Assembly (NCBI GenBank): GCA_030525285.1
Contig: JAUNFA010000004.1
Coordinates: 50,928-114,927 of the forward strand
From: Bacillota bacterium
Lineage (GTDB): Bacteria; Bacillota; Clostridia; Peptostreptococcales; Anaerovoracaceae
Direction of reading: 5' to 3'
DNA length: 64,000 bases
Both the position numbers and the translations under genes were made by a program. Of this stretch, positions 57,564-64,000 are shown in pieces (positions within the stretch are counted from its first letter, which is position 1; each line of letters opens with the position of its first letter). Below the pieces are notes generated by a model. It was not told where the DNA came from and did no database searches. It saw only the letters and a list, made by a program, of their open reading frames with translations.

Positions 57564-58238
57564 TTAGAATGTAAGTCCCTCTTCAAATATAATCTTTTCT
57601 CTTGTTACTGCAATCTCGCTTCGGTCAACATCCATACCCGCAAAAGGCAATATGGTGTTCAGAACGAGTTCAGGACTCAGATTTGATGTACTTCCCTGAT
57701 CAAGGAGCATCCTTATCGTAAGAATTCCATCTTTCCACGTCATCCCTATATTCCTGATCATCGGCTTAATATCAACTTCCTTGAGACCTTTTTTCTTTTT
57801 CTGTCTCTTCAGTGTTATGATTTCATCCTGTGCCATATAATCCGTCACAAGCTTTTCACCGTCTACGGGTTCTGCTGCGGGAACTCGTGCCGTATAAAGT
57901 GCCGCCACGGTCATGGCAGACAATGTTCTGTTGCCTGTATTAAGAAATCTGCAATATTTGATGTCAATGCCATCAGCCATAATATCAGATACAAGTTTAC
58001 AGATTTCATCAGGATCCCATTCATCAGCAGTCTCAAATTCTATGAATTCTTCCATAGCCTCATATCCCAGGGACAATGGTTGTGCGAAACTCATCTTTGG
58101 GTGGGGATTAAATCCCTGTGAAAATGCCAGACCTATACCAGCGCGCTTAAAAATACGCTTGAACAGCCTCATTACGTCAAGATGGGATGTATAGCATATA
58201 GTCCCCCTCTTGGAAAATTCAATAACGTATTTAGCCAC
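57564..58238 (-). CDS. TIGR03936 (DUF2344) radical SAM-associated protein
   Basis: FSKRGTICYTSHLDVMRLFKRIFKRAGI and GFNPHPKMSFAQPL are typical. Overlaps the upstream radical SAM gene by 8 nt. Confidence 0.72.
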   Translation of the reverse strand: MAKYVIEFSKRGTICYTSHLDVMRLFKRIFKRAGIGLAFSQGFNPHPKMSFAQPLSLGYEAMEEFIEFETADEWDPDEICKLVSDIMADGIDIKYCRFLNTGNRTLSAMTVAALYTARVPAAEPVDGEKLVTDYMAQDEIITLKRQKKKKGLKEVDIKPMIRNIGMTWKDGILTIRMLLDQGSTSNLSPELVLNTILPFAGMDVDRSEIAVTREKIIFEEGLTF

Positions 58239-60105
58239 TTGCAGCCTCCTTTCCGATACGTCTCAGCATATCTTCATCTGCACCGTGGAAACACTTCGTA
58301 TGCTTATTCATGCCACATCCGACACATCCCAATCTGCAGTCGTGAGTTACCTGTGCTGCCTTGGCTTTCTCATTTTCTCTCTTCAGGAATTCTCGGTCTA
58401 TTAACGGATCGATAATTTCCCATGGGAGCACTTCATCATAAGAACGCTCTCTGTAAGCATAAAAATCGAGGGTGACACCTGTCTCTTCCATGGCTTGCTG
58501 CCACAGTTCACCTTTGTGATGTTCTGTCCACGCGTCAAATTTGCATCCCAGCTGCCATGCTCTGTAAATCAAATTGCCGACTTTACGATCACCTCTTGCA
58601 ATGATTGCTTCCAGATTGCTGGTCTCAGTTTCATGATAATTGAATGTAATTCCCTTCACATGAAGTCTCTCGCTCAAATAATTGTGCTTTTCACGGAGCA
58701 TTTCAGGTCTATCCTGTCCTGCCCACTGGAAAGGTGTGTGTGCCTTCGGTACGAAGTTTGATACACTGACAGTTACGCGGAATCTGCCACCTTTACGACC
58801 TCGTATTTTGAAATTTATATCCAGAATATTTTTCGCTATTTCCGCAATTCCATCCAGATCCTCGAAGGTTTCTCCGGGAAGTCCGTCCATAAAATAAAGC
58901 TTAATAGTCTCCCATCCCAGCTCAATCGCCTGCTCAACTGCACTGTAAATGTCTTCCTCAGTTATGTTCTTGTTAATCACATCTCTGAGTCTCTGACTTC
59001 CTGCTTCAGGAGCGAAGGTAAGGCCTGATTTACGATAACCCTGAATCTCGTTTAACACATTAAAAGAAAAGGAATCCAGTCTGAGGGACGGCAGCGACAG
59101 AGAAACGTTCTGTGCCTTGCACATTCCCATAAGTTCCATAGCCAGATCCTCAAATCTCGAATAATCACTTGTAGACAGACTCAGCAGTGATAATTCTTCA
59201 TGCCCTGTATTCTTGAGCTGCTTCTTGACAATTTCTTTGATTGTATCAGGTTTTCTCTCCCTTACCGGTCTATAAATCATGCCCGCCTGACAGAATCTGC
59301 ATCCTCTGGTACACCCTCTGAAAGTTTCCACTACAGCTCTGTCGTGGACAGTATCTATGAACGGAACAATATTTGACGTTGGGAATTCGGCACTGTCAAG
59401 ATCAGCTATTACAGCCCTCTTCACCCTGTCAGGAGCCTTATCATAAAGCTTCACATATTCCTTTACCGTACCGTCCTCATTGTATTTCACATCATAAAAT
59501 GATGGAACATAAACACCGTCAAGCTGGGAGCACCTCTGGAGATATTCCTCCCTTGTGCTGCATTCCCTGCGCATGAGTGCCACCTTCTCAAAGAGTTCCT
59601 CGCCGTCACCTATCATAAATAAATCAATGAAATCAGCAAGCGGTTCCGGATTGTATGCACACGGACCTCCTGCCATTACAACGGGATCATCTTCCCCACG
59701 GTCACAGCTTTTCACAGGAACACCGCCCAGATCCAGCATATTCAGTATGTTTGTGAATGCCATTTCATATTGCAGAGTGAAAGCAACTATGTCCAGCTGA
59801 TCTATTGGTGTGAATGTTTCAAGCGTGAAAAGTTTCCTGTTCTCCTCACGCATAATGGTTTCCATATCAACCGCCGGTGCAAATAAACGCTCGCAGTAAA
59901 TCTGTGGATTCTTGTTAAGTATATTATAAAGAATCTGCATTCCCATATACGACATACCTATTTCGTATGTATCCGGGAACGCAAAACCGACCCTAACAGA
60001 AACATCTGCAGGGTCTTTTTTGATGCTGTTTACTTCGCCGCCGATATATCGTGCAGGCTTTTCAACCTTCTTTAAAATTTTATCGAGTTCTTTGTCAATT
60101 ATCAT
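58231..60105 (-). CDS. TIGR03960 family B12-binding-domain radical SAM protein
   Basis: N-terminal KPARYIGGE, radical SAM motif CTRGCRFCQAG, 624 aa, and a Cys-rich C-terminus. Confidence 0.8.
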   Translation of the reverse strand: MIIDKELDKILKKVEKPARYIGGEVNSIKKDPADVSVRVGFAFPDTYEIGMSYMGMQILYNILNKNPQIYCERLFAPAVDMETIMREENRKLFTLETFTPIDQLDIVAFTLQYEMAFTNILNMLDLGGVPVKSCDRGEDDPVVMAGGPCAYNPEPLADFIDLFMIGDGEELFEKVALMRRECSTREEYLQRCSQLDGVYVPSFYDVKYNEDGTVKEYVKLYDKAPDRVKRAVIADLDSAEFPTSNIVPFIDTVHDRAVVETFRGCTRGCRFCQAGMIYRPVRERKPDTIKEIVKKQLKNTGHEELSLLSLSTSDYSRFEDLAMELMGMCKAQNVSLSLPSLRLDSFSFNVLNEIQGYRKSGLTFAPEAGSQRLRDVINKNITEEDIYSAVEQAIELGWETIKLYFMDGLPGETFEDLDGIAEIAKNILDINFKIRGRKGGRFRVTVSVSNFVPKAHTPFQWAGQDRPEMLREKHNYLSERLHVKGITFNYHETETSNLEAIIARGDRKVGNLIYRAWQLGCKFDAWTEHHKGELWQQAMEETGVTLDFYAYRERSYDEVLPWEIIDPLIDREFLKRENEKAKAAQVTHDCRLGCVGCGMNKHTKCFHGADEDMLRRIGKEAASG

Positions 60106-60656
60106 TCTATAACGATATCCTTTGTTATTTCATCCATGGTCTTGCCGGTAACCTCTTCAATTTCTCCCACAAGTCGTATTACATCATGTTTAAGTTCACC
60201 GACTTTGGCTGCAGCCTCCGGATGTCCGTTGCGCATCGCCTTGTCGATAATATACTGGTATCTTTTTTCTACGCCTACATATTCGTGTTCAATGACGCAT
60301 CTATCCCCTAGACACACCAGATCCGTTTCATTAATGAAGCTGATAGGCGAAAATGATGAATACATCATGTGAACCTGAATAATTGCAGCCTCCTGAGCAT
60401 ATCCCAGATTGCTCATTATTTTGGCACATTCGAGGTCATGTCTGTCTCTGAGTCTTACAAGGTCGTGGGTAAGTCCTGCTGCCATAATAAGGTCAAGGTC
60501 CAGCTTCCCACCATGCATGTTAAGTTCTCTGCCTATGGCATACGCCACAGCCGCCACAGCCATACAATGCTTGCGTATGTGCATAGGTGTGTCGTATTCA
60601 TTCCATAATTCACGGCATTGTTCTATTGTAGGATGCTTTTCAAAAACAGTTCCCAT
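60102..60656 (-). CDS. HD domain-containing protein
   Basis: H ... HD motif (RKHCMAV ... GLTHDLVR). Shares a 4-nt overlap with the downstream radical SAM gene. Confidence 0.6.
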   Translation of the reverse strand: MGTVFEKHPTIEQCRELWNEYDTPMHIRKHCMAVAAVAYAIGRELNMHGGKLDLDLIMAAGLTHDLVRLRDRHDLECAKIMSNLGYAQEAAIIQVHMMYSSFSPISFINETDLVCLGDRCVIEHEYVGVEKRYQYIIDKAMRNGHPEAAAKVGELKHDVIRLVGEIEEVTGKTMDEITKDIVIE

Positions 60657-60674
60657 TAATTTCTCCTGCTATTT

Positions 60675-61973
60675 TTAGAAATAATCTTCATCAAAGTATT
60701 CAAGTTCAAAGTCCTGAATCTTGATCACATCTCCATCTTTAAGGCCCATCTCCTTAAGAGCATCAATGGCCCCTGATTTCTCAATGTATTTATAAAGATA
60801 TCTGAGCGACCCAAAATCTTCAAAATTTGTAGAATTGAAAATTTTGGTCAGTTGCTTGCCTTCAAGAATATATTCCCTGCCGTTAAATGACGGATATACA
60901 GTTCTGTAATCTGGATCCTGATCATCCTTCTCGAAGTCAAACATTTCGTATTCTTCTTCCGGTTCAGGATTGGCAAGTACTTCCTGTAACTTAAGTGCAG
61001 CCTCACTGAGAATCTCTTTGACGCCTATATTGATCGGTGCTGACATTGGGAATACCTTGTAACCCTGAGACTCCACGTATTCCTTGAATTCGAGATAACC
61101 GGGATCTTCTTCTCCGTTAATGTCAATCTTATTGGCTGCAACAATCTGAGGTTTTTTAAGAAGAGCAGGGTTGTAATTCTCAAGTTCCTTGATAATTTTA
61201 TCAAAATCCTCAATAGGGTTTCTTCCTTCGCTTCCCGACACATCCACAACGTGAATAAGAACCTTGGTTCTTTCGATGTGCTTGAGGAATCTGAAGCCGA
61301 GTCCTGCGCCCTCACTGGCTCCTTCTATTATTCCTGCTATGTCCGCCATGACAAAGCTTGTATCGTAAAGCTTCACCACACCAAGATTAGGATCTATCGT
61401 AGTGAAGTGGTAATTTGCAATTTTAGGCTTGGCACTTGTCGCCACGCTGAGAAGTGTGGATTTGCCTACATTAGGGAATCCAACGAGACCCACATCAGCA
61501 ATCATCTTCATCTCGAGAATGATTGTCCTCTCTTTAGCGAATCCTCCCGCTTCTGCGAAGTTTGGTGCCTGACGTGTGGATGTAGCATATTTCACATTGC
61601 CCTTGCCGCCTTTACCGCCTCTTGCCGCAACAAAAGACTGGCCGTGCTCCTTAAGGTCACGCATTACAAGTCCCGATTCTTCATCTATGACAACGGTCCC
61701 AACAGGCACCTTAATTACAAGGTTTTCACCGGACTTGCCGTAACGCTTTCTTTTCATGCCATTCTGCCCGTCCTCAGCCTCATATTTTCTCTTATATCTG
61801 AAGTCCATTAAGGTTCTTAAATTTTCATCGGCTTCAAAGATAACATCGCCACCTCTGCCACCGTCACCGCCATCAGGGCCACCATCTGGCACATACGGGT
61901 CATGTCTGAATGTGACTGCACCATCACCGCCCTTACCTGATCTGATTGTAATTTTGGCTCTATCTACTAACAT
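60675..61973 (-). CDS. obg: GTPase Obg
   Basis: Gly-rich Obg fold (SGKGGDGAVTFR, GGDGGRGG), G domain (GFPNVGKST, DIAG, NKID) and C-terminal OCT domain. Start set at ATG 61973, with AGGAGG upstream. Confidence 0.93.
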   Translation of the reverse strand: MLVDRAKITIRSGKGGDGAVTFRHDPYVPDGGPDGGDGGRGGDVIFEADENLRTLMDFRYKRKYEAEDGQNGMKRKRYGKSGENLVIKVPVGTVVIDEESGLVMRDLKEHGQSFVAARGGKGGKGNVKYATSTRQAPNFAEAGGFAKERTIILEMKMIADVGLVGFPNVGKSTLLSVATSAKPKIANYHFTTIDPNLGVVKLYDTSFVMADIAGIIEGASEGAGLGFRFLKHIERTKVLIHVVDVSGSEGRNPIEDFDKIIKELENYNPALLKKPQIVAANKIDINGEEDPGYLEFKEYVESQGYKVFPMSAPINIGVKEILSEAALKLQEVLANPEPEEEYEMFDFEKDDQDPDYRTVYPSFNGREYILEGKQLTKIFNSTNFEDFGSLRYLYKYIEKSGAIDALKEMGLKDGDVIKIQDFELEYFDEDYF

Positions 61974-62045
61974 GATTCCTCCTATCATTGGGGTTATCTG
62001 CAATAAATATACACAATTATTCTAACTTATTATTCCACTCATATC

Positions 62046-62074
62046 AATAAAAAAGCCCCTTAGTAAAAGGGGCT
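62046..62074 (-). terminator. Rho-independent terminator after rpmA
   Basis: Minus strand: AGCCCCT-tttacta-AGGGGCT followed by TTTTTAT. Confidence 0.7.
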
Positions 62075-62083
62075 AAAACATTC

Positions 62084-62344
62084 TTACGCTTCCTTAGGAT
62101 ATACGCTTACCTGTTTTCTTGTCTTGTCTTTTCTTTCGAACTTAACAGCTCCGTCAATCTTTGCAAATAAAGTATCGTCGCCGCCGATTCCTACGTTGTT
62201 ACCAGGATGGAACTTAGTTCCTCTCTGTCTAACCAGGATGCTACCGGCACTTACGAACTGACCATCACCAGTCTTCACGCCTAAACGTTTCGACTCACTG
62301 TCACGACCGTTCTTCGAGCTACCTACACCTTTCTTACTTGCCAT
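62084..62344 (-). CDS. rpmA: 50S ribosomal protein L27 (no N-terminal propeptide)
   Basis: [24 protein letters not shown]... The mature-type N-terminus begins right after the Met. Confidence 0.95.
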   Translation of the reverse strand: MASKKGVGSSKNGRDSESKRLGVKTGDGQFVSAGSILVRQRGTKFHPGNNVGIGGDDTLFAKIDGAVKFERKDKTRKQVSVYPKEA

Positions 62345-62391
62345 GGATCAGACACCTCCTTGTTTATAATCAGTCGGGTTACAATTTCTAA

Positions 62392-62886
62392 TTAAAGTGC
62401 AGCTTCTATCTTTTCAAGAATATCTGCCTTGAGAGCTTTCTCATCTACATCGATGTTGTTTTCTTTAGCGAATTCGATGAGTTCAGCCTTCTTCATTGAC
62501 TTTAATGCAGGCTTGCTAGCTTCTTTAGCTTCTACAGGAGCTTCTGCTTTTGCAGGAGCTGCAGGTGCTGCCTTAACACCGCCGATTGAGTTAATCTCAA
62601 CCATTGTGTATGGCTGTCTGTGACCCTGCTTCTTTCTGTAGTCCTTCTTAGCCTTGTACTTAAATATTACAATCTTCTTGCCCTTGCCTGATTCAACAGC
62701 TGTTCCTTCAACTGTTACGCCTTCAACGTAAGGAGTTCCAACCTTAACGCCGGCATCCTCTGCCAGAACCAGAACCTTGTCAAATACTACTGCTTCTCCA
62801 TCAGCAACATTCAGCTTCTCTACAACGATTTTGTCACCGTTCTGAACCTTGTACTGCTTGCCACCGGTTTCAATAATTGCATACAT
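62392..62886 (-). CDS. rplU: 50S ribosomal protein L21 with a C-terminal extension of about 60 aa
   Basis: [14 protein letters not shown] ... [10 protein letters not shown] is a canonical L21 core (about 102 aa). It is followed by an Ala/Pro/Lys linker and [33 protein letters not shown]. Confidence 0.93.
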   Translation of the reverse strand: MYAIIETGGKQYKVQNGDKIVVEKLNVADGEAVVFDKVLVLAEDAGVKVGTPYVEGVTVEGTAVESGKGKKIVIFKYKAKKDYRKKQGHRQPYTMVEINSIGGVKAAPAAPAKAEAPVEAKEASKPALKSMKKAELIEFAKENNIDVDEKALKADILEKIEAAL

Positions 62887-62979
62887 CTAGATATTTACCT
62901 CCTCTATCCAGTCTCGCCTACGGTAGGCAGGTTCACCTTTTGCAAACCTTTAAATGGGCCCACTTCGAGCGGCTTACAT
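62887..62979 (-). promoter_or_regulatory. rplU 5' leader (possible L21 ribosomal-protein leader)
   Basis: A leader of about 90 nt lies between the predicted -10 and the rplU ATG. Firmicute rplU operons are known to carry a structured autoregulatory leader. I did not verify the structure. Confidence 0.35.
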
Positions 62980-62985
62980 CACAAT

Positions 62986-63014
62986 ATGATACACTATTAC
63001 ATATCATTTGTAAA
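62986..63014 (-). promoter_or_regulatory. candidate rplU-rpmA promoter
   Basis: Minus strand: TTTACA (63014-63009), 17 nt, TATCAT (62991-62986). Confidence 0.5.
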
Positions 63015-63100
63015 GTGCAAAATTCACTGAAATTGCAATATGCGAGAGATTTTTTGCTATTGTCTGTTATCCCTCAGCAATTTATCGCAAAATATGACAT

Positions 63101-64000
63101 CTATTCAATAATCACACCATCTTCATCAATGAAGAATTCGTCATTATCCAGAATATCTGCAATTTCTTCATCGGTATTTTCTTCCTTCTGAGTCTTCTTG
63201 ACTGAATCCAAAAGCAGTCCTTCCACCTTTTCCATCACATCGTAATTCTCTTCGAGGAACTTCTTAACATTCTCTCTGCCCTGTCCGATTCTCTCACCGT
63301 CAAAGCTGTACCATGAACCGGCCTTGTCGATTATCTTCTCTTCTACTGCACAGTCAAGAACATCTCCGGCTCTTGATATACCCTGTCCATACATTATGTC
63401 AAACTCAACCTGCTTGAACGGAGGTGCCACCTTATTCTTAACAATCTTGACTCTTGTTCTGTTTCCCAGCACCTGGTCTCCCGACTTGATGCTATCAACT
63501 CTTCTGATATCTATTCTCATAGAAGAAAAGAATTTGAGTGCACGACCACCTGTTGTAGTTTCCGGGCTACCAAACATTACACCGATTTTTTCTCTAAGCT
63601 GGTTAATGAAAATTATTGTTGTATTCGTCTTATTGATAATACCTGCAAGTTTTCTCAGTGCCTGAGACATTAGTCTAGCCTGGAGTCCTACTGCAGAATC
63701 ACCCATGGCACCGTCAATTTCATGCTTAGGAACGAGGGCTGCCACAGAGTCGACTACAACAACGTCAATTGCACCACTCCTTACCAACATCTCAACTATC
63801 TCAAGAGCCTGTTCACCGTAATCCGGCTGAGATACAAGCAATTCATCAACATTCACTCCAAGGTTTCTGGCATATTCAGGATCCAGTGCATGCTCCGCAT
63901 CAATAAATGCCGCCTTGCCACCTGTCTTCTGTGCCTCTGCAATAATATGAAGAGTAAGGGTTGTCTTACCTGATGATTCGGGTCCATATATCTCTACGAT
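63101..64000 (-). CDS. recA: recombinase RecA (N-terminus lies beyond the right edge of the window)
   Basis: Own translation from position 64000 gives [14 protein letters not shown] (Walker A). The ORF-track part contains [31 protein letters not shown] and an acidic C-terminal tail. Confidence 0.95.
   Translation of the reverse strand: MVEIYGPESSGKTTLTLHIIAEAQKTGGKAAFIDAEHALDPEYARNLGVNVDELLVSQPDYGEQALEIVEMLVRSGAIDVVVVDSVAALVPKHEIDGAMGDSAVGLQARLMSQALRKLAGIINKTNTTIIFINQLREKIGVMFGSPETTTGGRALKFFSSMRIDIRRVDSIKSGDQVLGNRTRVKIVKNKVAPPFKQVEFDIMYGQGISRAGDVLDCAVEEKIIDKAGSWYSFDGERIGQGRENVKKFLEENYDVMEKVEGLLLDSVKKTQKEENTDEEIADILDNDEFFIDEDGVIIE

Noticed and set aside
1-64000. Search for CRISPR arrays, transposases, integrases, phage genes, toxin-antitoxin pairs or known defence-system signatures
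   Set aside because: I saw no direct-repeat arrays, IS termini or recombinase-like ORFs. Gene content and synteny are those of a conserved chromosomal core region.

Overview
This window reads as chromosomal core DNA of a low-GC Firmicute. It is probably a member of Clostridia: it has a type-A RNase P RNA, sigA-trmK-nif3 and lepA-hemW synteny, pyrK/pyrD class 1B dihydroorotate dehydrogenase, and nifS-nifU. Coding density is very high and most genes lie on the minus strand.

Gene content, left to right:
- TetR plus an MMPL exporter fragment.
- An FMN-riboswitch-controlled ribD-ribE-ribBA-ribH operon.
- cysK and an alanine/glycine:cation symporter.
- A seven-gene pyr operon (pyrC-K-D-F-E-B-I).
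- ilvE, an aldo/keto reductase-ferredoxin fusion, and nifS-nifU.
- A stand-alone fabF-like ketosynthase and a LysR regulator.
- A sulfur-themed minus-strand string: rrf2, a small ORF, metY, patB, mnmA, hydE, an MBL hydrolase, nadE.
- murI, pepF-nadK-rlu, a second rrf2, a polysaccharide deacetylase, mscL, and a CDF transporter.
- tRNA-Leu(CAG) and rnpB.
- The nitroreductase-dut-dgt-dnaG-sigA-trmK-nif3 cluster.
- thiN, lepA-hemW-glpK, rpsT, deoD, comEA.
- An obg-HD-radical SAM (TIGR03960)-TIGR03936 unit, rplU-rpmA, and the 3' part of recA.

I found no CRISPR array, transposase, integrase, prophage or other mobile element. I also found no convincing novel multi-gene system.

The best leads are modest:
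- A shared 21-bp pseudo-palindrome in the promoters of an IscR-like rrf2 gene and the unlinked nifSU operon.
- An L21 protein with a roughly 60-aa C-terminal HeH/Rho_N-like extension, next to an L27 that lacks the Firmicute propeptide and has no prp gene.
- The function-unknown radical SAM pair translationally coupled to obg.
- An orphan uORF/58-codon ORF/terminator unit in the largest gap of the window.
- A long metY leader with no recognisable S-box or T-box.

All family assignments come from reading the translations and recalling motifs. No database search was run.
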